Virus genome (UHGV): UHGV-1384413
Length of the DNA: 64,000 nt
Origin: a virus
Strand: one strand, 5' to 3'
The position numbers and the translations under genes were made by a program. Of this stretch, positions 36,858 to 46,326 are shown in pieces. A model generated the notes under the pieces. The model was not told the DNA's origin and did not search any database. It saw only the letters and a list, made by a program, of their open reading frames with translations. Position 1 is the stretch's first letter. Each line of letters begins with the position of its first letter.

Positions 36858-37638
36858 ACCTGGTCTCCAAAATGTATTGTAGTTCTTTCTTGCCTATACT
36901 CTTCATTCCAGCAGTCTTACCTGCTTCTTCTTGAAAAGAAGAATAGCACTCAACAAACACTCTGTCAACACCATCAACTAAAGATTTTATAAAGTATGTT
37001 GATTCTTCAGATTTTGGGTCATCATCTCCCAATACTTTCCCAGCATTATACCCAACACGTCTTATACAGAAGTCGTAATCGTCCGGTGTGCTAAAAGAAA
37101 ATAACTTATTCTCCCCGATCTCTACAGGGTCCCTATTGCACACCTTTTTCTCCCAAATTTGGAAAACACATGGCACGTCATAAGGTTTGCCGTTAAGTAA
37201 AAACGAGTTCTTGGGGCACCTTTCGCTGTAAATAAGGTGCATCGACATGTCCAGTTTGTTTGCAAAAAATATTTTTTCAAAAGTCCGTGGCAAGATGAAG
37301 GCTATAGCTCCACCAGGCTCTAGCAATGATGCACAGTGGTTAAAGAACTTGCAAGCTAAAGACGAATTTTTGCCGAATGGAGGATTACCTATGAATACAT
37401 CGGCCTTGGGATACACCTCTAAGAAGTTTGCCTTAATACACGGGGTTGGGCCTTCAAATTCAGGATCTGGTACCAAATCATACGACAGTATCTCTGAAAA
37501 TAGTTTTGAAAAAGAACCCTTTCCAGCAGAAGGCTCAACGTATGCACAATTCCCATACTTACCTTTTACTTTACCAACAAGATATTCTGCATACTCGGGG
37601 TCTGTGTAATATTTGTCGTTGGACTCTTTCTTGCTCAA
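36832..37638 (-). CDS. DNA N6-adenine (or N4-cytosine) methyltransferase
   Basis: EPSAGKGSF (AdoMet motif I) and GNPPFGK (motif IV); probable TTG start at 37638 after GGAGG. Confidence 0.65.
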   Translation of the reverse strand: MSKKESNDKYYTDPEYAEYLVGKVKGKYGNCAYVEPSAGKGSFSKLFSEILSYDLVPDPEFEGPTPCIKANFLEVYPKADVFIGNPPFGKNSSLACKFFNHCASLLEPGGAIAFILPRTFEKIFFANKLDMSMHLIYSERCPKNSFLLNGKPYDVPCVFQIWEKKVCNRDPVEIGENKLFSFSTPDDYDFCIRRVGYNAGKVLGDDDPKSEESTYFIKSLVDGVDRVFVECYSSFQEEAGKTAGMKSIGKKELQYILETRYDQKHRLD

Positions 37639-37649
37639 AGTGCCTCCAA

Positions 37650-37678
37650 AAGGAAAAGGGAGGCGCAAGCCTCCCTCT
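37650..37678 (-). terminator. rho-independent terminator
   Basis: GGGAGGC-GCAA-GCCTCCC hairpin followed by T-rich tract on minus strand. Confidence 0.65.
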
Positions 37679-37683
37679 ATTTG

Positions 37684-38670
37684 TTAGATTATCTGAATAA
37701 GGGTGTTTTTCATCTCTTCCCTAGTACGGATGTTGTTACGATCACGAACAACAGATCCACAACCTTCGCAGCGGTATGTTTTAAATGCACTCAGCTGAGT
37801 ATACGCCAAAGCTTCTTCCTCGTGAAGGTGTTCTCCACCACAACGTGGGCAACGAACTTTTGACTCCTCATCTTGGTAGTACAATGACATGTTAGGGTGC
37901 TGCTTAGCAAACGGACGCGCCAGCAAATACAGGCCTTCCAGAGACAAGATGTCCCCAACATTATACTCCCGCATCTGTTTAAACGCCTCAAGATCACCAT
38001 GAACACACTTGATCCACATTTCAAATGTGTGGTCAATCAGCTTCTGTCGGGCCAGTTGGAAGTATTTACATGCATACTCTAACGTGTTTGCATTCAAACG
38101 GAATGCCTTTTTAATCATCTTGAGGGTGTCAACCTCTTTGTATTGACTTGTTGGCGGCAAACCGTGAAATGCAAATCGTTGGTTGGCCCACCCACAGTCA
38201 AAACCGGAGTTGTGCGCTACTGCTACATCACATTTATCCAGATAATACCACAAATCTTGAATCAGTTCAAGATCGTTGTGGATATCCTCGTCCCACATTT
38301 TGTAATCAGGAAGACCACAGTCAACCACGCTAGGGCTATCTAACCACTTACCTGCGAAAGTCAACATATAGGGCATAATTTCAATACCGCAGGTTTGAAT
38401 GTTGGTCTTATAATGCCCAAAGAACCAGCCGTTTGTTGGAGATGTCTCTGTGTCATACACCCAAACTTTAGCACCTTTATGCTCTTCAAGGAAGCGCTCC
38501 GTTGCCTCTCCTACAATCTCTGACATATTCTCTTGTGCACGTTTAAGCTGTAGTCGGATCCAGCTTTCACGCGACTCACGCCCTAAAAATTCACGAGCAA
38601 TTTGTCTATTAGTGTATCCCTGTTGCTTTAGTGTTAAAATTTGCTCAAGAGTTAACTTTGTCATCATCAT
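37684..38670 (-). CDS. DnaQ-like (DEDD) 3'-5' exonuclease with N-terminal HTH and C-terminal zinc-finger-like CxxC pairs
   Basis: VYDTETS (Exo I) and AHNSGFD (Exo II) motifs; CPRCGG...CEGCG. Confidence 0.5.
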   Translation of the reverse strand: MMMTKLTLEQILTLKQQGYTNRQIAREFLGRESRESWIRLQLKRAQENMSEIVGEATERFLEEHKGAKVWVYDTETSPTNGWFFGHYKTNIQTCGIEIMPYMLTFAGKWLDSPSVVDCGLPDYKMWDEDIHNDLELIQDLWYYLDKCDVAVAHNSGFDCGWANQRFAFHGLPPTSQYKEVDTLKMIKKAFRLNANTLEYACKYFQLARQKLIDHTFEMWIKCVHGDLEAFKQMREYNVGDILSLEGLYLLARPFAKQHPNMSLYYQDEESKVRCPRCGGEHLHEEEALAYTQLSAFKTYRCEGCGSVVRDRNNIRTREEMKNTLIQII

Positions 38671-38679
38671 TAAGATTCC

Positions 38680-38901
38680 TTAGTAAAACTGAAGAATGTC
38701 TTTTAAAGCGAAGTCACGGTATTCGCCCTTATCTACGTCAAATGCATGCATCAACCACTGCTCTTCTTTATGATACTCTGTAGAGCCAAACCATAAATTA
38801 GGCTCAGTAACGCAGCGATCTGCAACAACACCTTTCCAGTTACGGTATTTCATCCTGATCAGAACTGAATCGCAAGGATTGAATACCTTTTTCGTCCCCA
38901 T
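38680..38901 (-). CDS. hypothetical protein (73 aa)
   Basis: ATG with GAGGAGAG RBS. Confidence 0.5.
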   Translation of the reverse strand: MGTKKVFNPCDSVLIRMKYRNWKGVVADRCVTEPNLWFGSTEYHKEEQWLMHAFDVDKGEYRDFALKDILQFY

Positions 38902-39319
38902 AGAAATCTCTCTCCTCAGTTTTCTTTATAAACTCCTGCATGTAGGCCTCAATAGCCTCATGCTTGGTATACTCTGAATTAATGACAAGACCGAGATCTG
39001 ATTCTGCACGTGCAATAATCGTAGCTTTAGAGCATCTCCTCAAGAACTTTGTCATATCATCTCTGTAGTTTTTGTGGAGCGGGAAGTCGCTGTAGTCTTT
39101 CTCCAGATAGTCAGCCATCCGGCGTAACGCCTCTGATAAACTGCAATCTGTATACTCGTTACAGTATTTCATCCAGTATTTAAGCACATACCCTTCAAAG
39201 GTATTAGTGCATTGGGACAAAACACCCCTGCAACGACCAGTCAGATGATCATGATCTAAACAAGGCTTACGAAGTGGTTCGCACAAGATTGGATCAAGAC
39301 CATCCTGCTCTTCTGACAA
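38840..39319 (-). CDS. hypothetical cysteine-containing protein (159 aa)
   Basis: ORF-track ORF. Confidence 0.45.
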   Translation of the reverse strand: MSEEQDGLDPILCEPLRKPCLDHDHLTGRCRGVLSQCTNTFEGYVLKYWMKYCNEYTDCSLSEALRRMADYLEKDYSDFPLHKNYRDDMTKFLRRCSKATIIARAESDLGLVINSEYTKHEAIEAYMQEFIKKTEERDFYGDEKGIQSLRFSSDQDEIP

Positions 39320-39396
39320 TTCTTTCCGAAAGTCGGCTATGTCCTTAGAATCTTTTAGCCACCCGCTATGGACGGGGGCTTTGACAGCTTTCTTTC

Positions 39397-40026
39397 TTAT
39401 TTTACGCTTTGCGATAATCCCTCCAGATGCGCCCTACCTATCCAATAAGCATCTGCGAGATCGGCCTTACCTTGTACTAAGTTGATCCCATCCAGGAACC
39501 CGGGTTCAGATACTTCGCAGGCCTTAACCATCAACTTTTTATCCATCGTAACAGGTTTCTTCACAGTATGCTCTTTACCTGTCCTTTTGTCAAGCTTTTT
39601 CTTCTCCTCAAAAGCAAGTTCTTCAGGAAGATGACTACGAGCAAACTTTTTGGCAGTTGTTGGTGTCACTGTGTGAACCTTAAACAGGCCGTCATTTTCA
39701 CAATCTGCTAAAGCATCCCAAAGCATAACTTCAAGACCGTAAAACAACCCAGCCAGTTCACGTGTGGCATCTCCTCGCGATCCGAAGGAGAGCCCTTCCA
39801 TAACCACGGTGTCAACGCCGTGCGTGTGGATATAATATCTAACCTGTTTGCAGATCCAGTCAATACGCTCAGCAGCTGTTGCAAAAGAAACCGTCCCTGG
39901 TTTCTTCTCTTTTGCAGATGAGCTTTGTGTGCGTAACACAACCTTATGAACAGGCTTACCATCGTCCCATACAACACAGGCTGTGTGGGTAAGAGACTGG
40001 TCTATAGACAGCAGTCTTTCTCTCAT
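39397..40026 (-). CDS. RuvC-like Holliday junction resolvase (RNase H fold) candidate
   Basis: N-terminal LLSIDQSLTHTACVV resembles the RuvC first acidic motif; VVMEGLSFG second block. Confidence 0.4.
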   Translation of the reverse strand: MRERLLSIDQSLTHTACVVWDDGKPVHKVVLRTQSSSAKEKKPGTVSFATAAERIDWICKQVRYYIHTHGVDTVVMEGLSFGSRGDATRELAGLFYGLEVMLWDALADCENDGLFKVHTVTPTTAKKFARSHLPEELAFEEKKKLDKRTGKEHTVKKPVTMDKKLMVKACEVSEPGFLDGINLVQGKADLADAYWIGRAHLEGLSQSVK

Positions 40027-40349
40027 GCTGTTTCCTCTTCATCTGGAGAATAAGCTTTGTCTTTGAATAGCACAAGAGAGCAAAGCTTAACGTCTGTTTC
40101 CACGCTGGTAAACATGCATAACCGCTCGCCCTCAATCAGCTCGCAATCTTCTTTTAAAACAGCAGACCATACACGATCATCTGCGTAATCATCAGTATAC
40201 AGGATGTATGCAATAGTGTCATCTTCATACAACCGCCACATACCTGTGGCAACAATAAATGTATTTTTTGTTTTAAGGGTCCCTGTTGTATGATCATCCT
40301 CAAAAACAGCTTCCATAATTGCATTATCTACAGAATTTTTAGTCATCAA
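40023..40349 (-). CDS. hypothetical protein (108 aa)
   Basis: ORF in coupled array. Confidence 0.45.
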   Translation of the reverse strand: MMTKNSVDNAIMEAVFEDDHTTGTLKTKNTFIVATGMWRLYEDDTIAYILYTDDYADDRVWSAVLKEDCELIEGERLCMFTSVETDVKLCSLVLFKDKAYSPDEEETA

Positions 40350-41485
40350 ATTGCTCCAACATTTCTAAGAACGTTAACAAGTTTTGTTTGATCATTGAAT
40401 GTTCGCTTCATATACAAACAGTCAAAAATTATACTCATCCACTGGCCTACGGAAATCCTACGGTCGATACCATTGAAATCGGTATACTTAACAGCACCTT
40501 TCGGAAACCATTTTTTATACTGATCAATGATTGTTAACCACATCTCTTTCGGTGTGCTGCACTGGGACAGCAAGGAGAATGCAGATGCATCTCCAAACTT
40601 CCCTTTACCAATAAGACCTTGGTAAGGCTTAATATTGTCAGCTGAGTCACCACACAGCATTTGATAACCGAAGAACAACATTCCATACCCACCAACATCG
40701 CCGTTTGGTTTCATGAATATGTTACCCATACCGTTATCAATGAGCATAGGTGTCTCTCTTACAAAATCACCTTTATCGTTCCTCATCGGATCGAATACAA
40801 GCCCAGGAAGTGTTCGCTGGTCCTTATCTATAGAGATAATAAACTTGTTGAACTTTCCTGTTTTCTGGTAGTGGTTCCAACCTTCAAATTGCTGGATAGC
40901 TAACCAGTCGTCAGCTTCAATACCGTTGATCACTTGAGCGTTATATTGCTTTTGGAGATACTGTCTTGCATCTTCAAGCAACAGTGGTCGAAGAGTATTG
41001 TTACGGTTGGCTTTATATCGTTCCGGCATGGGAAGATCTAGTCTGAAATTACCAGTACCCCCAAGCACTCCTACGCACCGATCTTCAGGAATACCGAGAT
41101 AGTTAAGGACTGCATTAGCTTTACACTTAATTGTGTGCAAGCAGTTCTCTACAGGATCAGGGGTTTGGATATCCAAGACATCGAAATCTTCTCGTGTCCA
41201 CGGAATAAACTCCTTACCAGCTTTTTTACATGCAGCTTCACGGTTGGTGTTCTCAGCCTTTAACCAACCACCAACTGCGTTCTTCTGTCTCCCCCAAAAC
41301 TCTGTTCGTGTTTTAAACACCTTCTTACGTCCTGAGGCTTTATGTGTTACCTCAATTGTCCTTTTTTCACAACTTGCTGCAGCTTGATATGCAACCTGAT
41401 CGAAGTCATAATAAACTATAGCGTCAGGTTCAAGAAGATCAGCTAGACAATCTATGGACTCAATAAGCGGATATTCTCTACTCAA
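40346..41485 (-). CDS. 5'-3' exonuclease / flap endonuclease (T4 RNase H-like)
   Basis: ERYKANR, GIEADDWLA, ISIDKDQRTL and CGDSADNIK blocks parallel FEN-family motifs; TTG start after AGGAGGG. Confidence 0.6.
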   Translation of the reverse strand: MSREYPLIESIDCLADLLEPDAIVYYDFDQVAYQAAASCEKRTIEVTHKASGRKKVFKTRTEFWGRQKNAVGGWLKAENTNREAACKKAGKEFIPWTREDFDVLDIQTPDPVENCLHTIKCKANAVLNYLGIPEDRCVGVLGGTGNFRLDLPMPERYKANRNNTLRPLLLEDARQYLQKQYNAQVINGIEADDWLAIQQFEGWNHYQKTGKFNKFIISIDKDQRTLPGLVFDPMRNDKGDFVRETPMLIDNGMGNIFMKPNGDVGGYGMLFFGYQMLCGDSADNIKPYQGLIGKGKFGDASAFSLLSQCSTPKEMWLTIIDQYKKWFPKGAVKYTDFNGIDRRISVGQWMSIIFDCLYMKRTFNDQTKLVNVLRNVGAI

Positions 41486-41786
41486 AGACCCTCCTGTTAG
41501 TTATTCTGCAAGATGGTTGGATGCTGTAATGGAATGCATCATCACTCTCTGCAATAAGCGACTCAACATCCCAATATTTTTCAAAAAGGAACGGATTAGA
41601 CCCCCAGTGGTGGGTTATTTTCATCAAGGAGTCTGGTATCAGATAGCCACAGATCTTAATTACATCGCCAGGTTGAATGGTGTTTTCATGAAGGTTGCTT
41701 GCCTTCTTCAGGATCATACCTTTATGATTCTCGTTTGCATACAACTGGACAATATCTTTATCTTCAACAATAAAAATTTTAAGCAT
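41478..41786 (-). CDS. hypothetical protein (102 aa)
   Basis: ORF-track ORF. Confidence 0.45.
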   Translation of the reverse strand: MLKIFIVEDKDIVQLYANENHKGMILKKASNLHENTIQPGDVIKICGYLIPDSLMKITHHWGSNPFLFEKYWDVESLIAESDDAFHYSIQPSCRITNRRVFE

Positions 41787-41845
41787 GTCTAGTTCTCCTA
41801 GTTTATAAATATCTGACTGATAATATCAGATTAATAGCACTTTTG

Positions 41846-42139
41846 TCAAGACTTTTTAGTCTTTCTTGGAGAGCCTTTTGTTGATCTTTTCCTTTTGTGG
41901 TAGATTCCAAGTGCGGCGTTTTCTTGGGCGCACGTTTTAACAGTTCTCAGACAAGAACTTTCAGCTTTAGGTAGGTTTAACTCCCACCAACCAAGCCAGT
42001 AAAGTTCTGATTCAGACAACTGCTCAGATTCAGCCTTTCGATACAGTGCTTGCATACCTCTGATAATGTCGTCCAGAGGCGTATCAAATACAAAAGCTGT
42101 CTTATCGAATTTCTCTTTTACAGGTTTCTTAGCCATCAA
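41846..42139 (-). CDS. hypothetical basic protein (97 aa)
   Basis: ORF-track ORF. Confidence 0.45.
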   Translation of the reverse strand: MMAKKPVKEKFDKTAFVFDTPLDDIIRGMQALYRKAESEQLSESELYWLGWWELNLPKAESSCLRTVKTCAQENAALGIYHKRKRSTKGSPRKTKKS

Positions 42140-42593
42140 GGTAACCCTCTATCCACGAAAAGTCAGTCTTCCATTCTGGAACTTTACTAAGCTCACGCCA
42201 CTCTGCAAAGCAGTCTCGGTAATACGCCTCTGCCATACCCTTGGTGATCTTATTCACCTTAGCCAACTGATTAACTGCCTGAGCATACTTTCCACGGATA
42301 TTTGCTAACCCAGGATGCACCGATGTGTGACAATCTGGGCACAACGCTATCAGTCCGACAAGCCGGATCACTCCCTCTTCGAAAGTGTAAAGTTCATGAC
42401 ACTCCACCGGATGTTTGCTGCCTTTACCACCACACACCTCACAAGTGTAGTTGGCTTCTCTGTAACACTTCTTACGGATCTTATCCCACTCACTCTTCTT
42501 CACAGCGTTTCTGAGGTTATTATACCAAGCTGTCTCCGGGATCAGTTGCACAATAAGCCTGCGTTCAGACTTCATTAAACGTCCGTCTTCCAT
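42129..42593 (-). CDS. zinc-binding HNH-like nuclease candidate
   Basis: CEVCGG...HPVECHE...CPDCH pattern; internal ATG at 42593 with GGAGGG RBS. Confidence 0.35.
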   Translation of the reverse strand: MEDGRLMKSERRLIVQLIPETAWYNNLRNAVKKSEWDKIRKKCYREANYTCEVCGGKGSKHPVECHELYTFEEGVIRLVGLIALCPDCHTSVHPGLANIRGKYAQAVNQLAKVNKITKGMAEAYYRDCFAEWRELSKVPEWKTDFSWIEGYLDG

Positions 42594-42811
42594 CAGCCCT
42601 CCAATTTGACCATACAATGACCATCTTTCCACTTAGAAATCGATCTTTCGCCATTAGAGTAATAAACTTCAAGCTTAGCACGGTCATTCTTGATCTGTAT
42701 GACCTTCGCTGTTTCTAGGGAACCATAACCGTAGTATACTGCAACAGTATCTCCCACATACACTACACTCCCGCGATAATCGTGAATATAATCAGTGCCT
42801 TCTAAAGCCAT
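42593..42811 (-). CDS. hypothetical protein (72 aa)
   Basis: ORF-track ORF. Confidence 0.45.
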   Translation of the reverse strand: MALEGTDYIHDYRGSVVYVGDTVAVYYGYGSLETAKVIQIKNDRAKLEVYYSNGERSISKWKDGHCMVKLEG

Positions 42812-42821
42812 ATTACCACCC

Positions 42822-43028
42822 TTATTCGAAGAAGTGAGTCCGAGGACAAGATCCAGCCTCGCCTTGTTTCACAAGCTCGTAGAGCTCACCTTGGCTTGTT
42901 TCATAAAGGCAAATACGTTTACCATTGTCCCGATATACATCTACAAGATACGCTGTTTCACCTGCAAACACGACACCACAGGCAAGGCATGCTGCCATGA
43001 ACAAAATTGCCAACAGAAAATCTTTCAT
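42822..43028 (-). CDS. small lipoprotein/secreted protein
   Basis: N-terminal hydrophobic segment with lipobox-like LAC|G. Confidence 0.45.
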   Translation of the reverse strand: MKDFLLAILFMAACLACGVVFAGETAYLVDVYRDNGKRICLYETSQGELYELVKQGEAGSCPRTHFFE

Positions 43029-43091
43029 GGTTAAACTCTCCTTAACATTTTACTGGGTAACAATACCACATCCATGTGGTCATGTCAATGA

Positions 43092-43562
43092 TTAATCTAG
43101 AACAACACCGCCTGACTTTTTAAACACCTCGATCAACTTTTCGATCTTCTGTTCGTGCTGACCATACCCTGCACCGGGGAGGCTTGCCCATCGGGATCTG
43201 CAAAGATGGATGGCCTGATGAATACGACCTTCATCAATATCATCGAGCGCCTTGCACTCACGGATCAATTGTAGTGCGATCTTATCCTGACTGGCAGGGC
43301 CAAAATCTGGTAATCCTAACTGTTTCATATAGTGTTTAGCAAACTTCTCCAAAACTTGGTAGCGCCCCGCAGCAGAGGAGGTAAGTTTAGCATTTAGCTT
43401 AACGTACACACCTGGATGCTTACTGTAATCGCTAAACAGCTTGCCACCGACTATGACATCATAGCCCCGATCCTTGGTAGGTTGTCTACCATTATCTGTA
43501 CCTTCTGAATATGCGATCATGTCCAAGAAAGCTTTTCGTTGAACATTTTTATCAAGTCTCAT
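43092..43562 (-). CDS. endolysin, lambda R-like lytic transglycosylase (GH24-like)
   Basis: QRKAFLDMIAYSEGTDNGRQ, GYDVIVGG, WASLPGAGYGQ blocks closely parallel lambda R as recalled. Confidence 0.85.
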   Translation of the reverse strand: MRLDKNVQRKAFLDMIAYSEGTDNGRQPTKDRGYDVIVGGKLFSDYSKHPGVYVKLNAKLTSSAAGRYQVLEKFAKHYMKQLGLPDFGPASQDKIALQLIRECKALDDIDEGRIHQAIHLCRSRWASLPGAGYGQHEQKIEKLIEVFKKSGGVVLD

Positions 43563-43686
43563 TTTTCATACTCTCCAATTTACTCATAACTAACCCGATC
43601 AACAACACTGCATAATGTGGTTATGTAGGTGCCAATTGAAAAACCATCATTCAATTGGCTACCGTTACCTACTAAACCTTCCTACA

Positions 43687-44970
43687 TCATTCCAGAACCT
43701 CCCAAGTGTCAGGGTTAACATTTCGGACGCAGATGCCGACAGGGAATTGGTAGTTGTTGTCTTCTGTCCTTGCTTGATATTTGAAGGTGACAAACTTGCC
43801 GATCATTTCCTGCATCCTGTCATAGCTACGCTCCTCGTGCGTGCCTTTCATCTTCATTTTAACAACGATACCTTCCTTGTCAACGCAGATAAGAACACCT
43901 TCATCATTCTTATCTTTCTCAACGTCAATAACTTTCACCTCAGCATCGTTGAACTTTTTCCATTTCAATGCTTCAGATGTTCGCTGACCATATTCATATT
44001 TACCGCAGAAGTTACGCATGATAGTACCTTCATATCCTTCGGACATGAATACACCAACAGATTCTTCGCAATGATCAACTGTGTACGCAAGCTCTGCGTC
44101 AACAACCTTGATATGGTCAAGCATCAGGGTGGTAATGGTATCTTCTGCATCCATAAGATCCTTGCATCGTCCAGATTCTGTTTCTGGATCCCACCATACC
44201 TTGTCACTAGGGATGTCGAAAATATGATACTCTAAGTCATAGCTACAGTACCCTCCGTAACGCAAATCATCACGAATAGGCTCAACATCAACAGGAATAT
44301 CTACCTTATTGAAGTTTTTGTATGTTGATAAGCCTGCCTTAATTGCGGCATGACGGCGTTTTTTATCTGCCTCGTAGTCTTTATCGATCTCGGCCTGAAT
44401 CTCTTCCTGTGTGCGCCACCGTTTAGCAAGAGACACTATTTTCTGCAGAGGCAGACCATGAATATAGATCTCTCCGTCGAGCTGTTTAATCCCGGTGGTG
44501 AAGTGGAAAGAACGAAGTTGCTCCAGAAGCTTTCCTTGAATAGGGTAGGACTTATTACCACGGGAAATAAATTTAGGCTCACCGTTTTGGAAAACAACCA
44601 GTAGACGAAGGCCATCTAATTTACGCAAAATCCAGCAAGGTAATTTAAGTGCCTTTCCACGCTTCAGGTAGTCATGCACCAACATGGGTAAAAGGTCAAC
44701 ACCCTGCTCGCAATCTTCCATATTTTCAACATATCCCAGACGGACTTGTTTTTCCCACTTACTGATCGCTTCCAGCTCAGCCTGTTGCTCAGCTGTAGTT
44801 TCATTGGCACGACCCACGTTCTTAGGTGTGCAGATCGTCTCTTTGTATTGCAGTTTACCATCAAGCTTGCCAAACTCTACAATAACCTTATCACCATCCG
44901 TGAATACTTTCCACTGCTGGTAGCTGCCATCTTTGTTCAGTGCGTACAGTGTTGTTTTGATCTGATGCAT
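43687..44970 (-). CDS. ATP-dependent DNA ligase
   Basis: Motif I KLDGLR (KxDGxR), motif IV-like EGYEGTIMR, motif V-like LKWKKF. Confidence 0.7.
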   Translation of the reverse strand: MHQIKTTLYALNKDGSYQQWKVFTDGDKVIVEFGKLDGKLQYKETICTPKNVGRANETTAEQQAELEAISKWEKQVRLGYVENMEDCEQGVDLLPMLVHDYLKRGKALKLPCWILRKLDGLRLLVVFQNGEPKFISRGNKSYPIQGKLLEQLRSFHFTTGIKQLDGEIYIHGLPLQKIVSLAKRWRTQEEIQAEIDKDYEADKKRRHAAIKAGLSTYKNFNKVDIPVDVEPIRDDLRYGGYCSYDLEYHIFDIPSDKVWWDPETESGRCKDLMDAEDTITTLMLDHIKVVDAELAYTVDHCEESVGVFMSEGYEGTIMRNFCGKYEYGQRTSEALKWKKFNDAEVKVIDVEKDKNDEGVLICVDKEGIVVKMKMKGTHEERSYDRMQEMIGKFVTFKYQARTEDNNYQFPVGICVRNVNPDTWEVLE

Positions 44971-45239
44971 TACTCAGCCTCTTCCTTAAAAATTTTAAAC
45001 ATCTCTTCTTTGCTCATTACCAACCAGTCTCCCATAAAGTCAACTAACCAATCCCCTTGGTACAAGACCAGGTTACCAAACGGCTCGACAAGCTCACACA
45101 TGCGAAGAATATCTCTGGTCCGAACAGGTGACGGTGTAAACACACCTGTATCAATCCACCGTTGTAGATCAGATACTGATGAAGAGCTTCCGTCAAACTG
45201 GTGTGCTTCTACAGGTTTAGCAAGATTAAATAACGGCAT
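44970..45239 (-). CDS. hypothetical protein (89 aa)
   Basis: ORF in coupled array. Confidence 0.45.
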   Translation of the reverse strand: MPLFNLAKPVEAHQFDGSSSSVSDLQRWIDTGVFTPSPVRTRDILRMCELVEPFGNLVLYQGDWLVDFMGDWLVMSKEEMFKIFKEEAE

Positions 45240-45534
45240 TGCAGTCCTCCTTCTCTAATAAGTCTTTTATCGGGTAAACAAGCAGGTGCGGATCGTAATA
45301 ATTTATAGTTTTATTCTGCCACACTATGAACTTAATTACAACTAAATTTACCACATCTTTATCTCCATGCAGTCCAACACACAGATTTGTCCATATTTTG
45401 TGGTTGAATACTTTGCTGTCGATGTAGATCTTAGTGTCAAACTTATCCTCTATCCTACCTATAAGTTTAACCAATTCTTTCATCTGATCCCCAAACACAG
45501 CATCGTTTTCAAGATCTCTGGAGTGCTTGTACAT
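45226..45534 (-). CDS. hypothetical protein (102 aa)
   Basis: ORF-track ORF. Confidence 0.45.
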   Translation of the reverse strand: MYKHSRDLENDAVFGDQMKELVKLIGRIEDKFDTKIYIDSKVFNHKIWTNLCVGLHGDKDVVNLVVIKFIVWQNKTINYYDPHLLVYPIKDLLEKEDCNAVI

Positions 45535-45574
45535 AACTTTCTACCTCACTTGCATACTTTCCTAAACAAGTAAA

Positions 45575-45598
45575 GCCGGGATCGCCCCGGCTATGTTA
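45575..45598 (-). terminator. putative rho-independent terminator
   Basis: GCCGGG-GCGATC-CCGGC hairpin followed by T-rich tract on minus strand. Confidence 0.5.
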
Positions 45599-46312
45599 TT
45601 AAATATATTCTGTTACATCCTTGAAGCTTGAAGGCTTCATAATCTTACCTTTACTGTCGAGGAATATGATAACTTTATTTCCGTTGTAGAATTCTTCTTT
45701 AGCAACAAAACCTTCATAGCGACCATCAAAGCGTCGCTCAAGATCTTTAATCTCCAACTCGATAAGTTGTTCAGCAGGCATATCTGCACTGGCACCGTGT
45801 GAATACCGCAGATGGTTGACGCGTGCAAACTTGCTGTCATTAGATTTTAGAACCTTCCGCATCATCCCGCACACATCACCGCGAAGCTGGAACAGCAAAG
45901 CTGTTGACAACTCTGCTAAGCGGTAAGCAGACGCTCTTTGCTTAGAGGTATTTTTCGCAGCGATCAGTGTATCATAAAATTCACCGATCTTAAACTTAAG
46001 ACCTCGCGGATTATCAAACAGGTTTGACCACTTTTCATGGTTATCGTTAACAAGATAAGCGGCATAACTTGTGACAACGTGAAGATCGCAGGCCTCTTTT
46101 AGGAGATGATCCCCACCATCACCTTTCTCCAACTCTTCCAAAACTTCATTGAACTCTTCCTCAATGAAACTCAGCTGAAGTTCGAATGGTGTGTATGATT
46201 TTTTCACTTTAGCTGCTACACGGTTCCAATTTTCCACCCAGTTGGCAGACCAAAGGTAGTTTTCAGGCTGAGACAGTTTTTCCAAGTTGTCAATCAGTTT
46301 AGTATTCAGCAT
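45599..46312 (-). CDS. MazG-like nucleotide pyrophosphohydrolase candidate
   Basis: EEEFNEVLEELE...EACD fits the EExxE...ExxD MazG pattern. Confidence 0.35.
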   Translation of the reverse strand: MLNTKLIDNLEKLSQPENYLWSANWVENWNRVAAKVKKSYTPFELQLSFIEEEFNEVLEELEKGDGGDHLLKEACDLHVVTSYAAYLVNDNHEKWSNLFDNPRGLKFKIGEFYDTLIAAKNTSKQRASAYRLAELSTALLFQLRGDVCGMMRKVLKSNDSKFARVNHLRYSHGASADMPAEQLIELEIKDLERRFDGRYEGFVAKEEFYNGNKVIIFLDSKGKIMKPSSFKDVTEYI

Positions 46313-46326
46313 TAAAAGGCCTCCGC

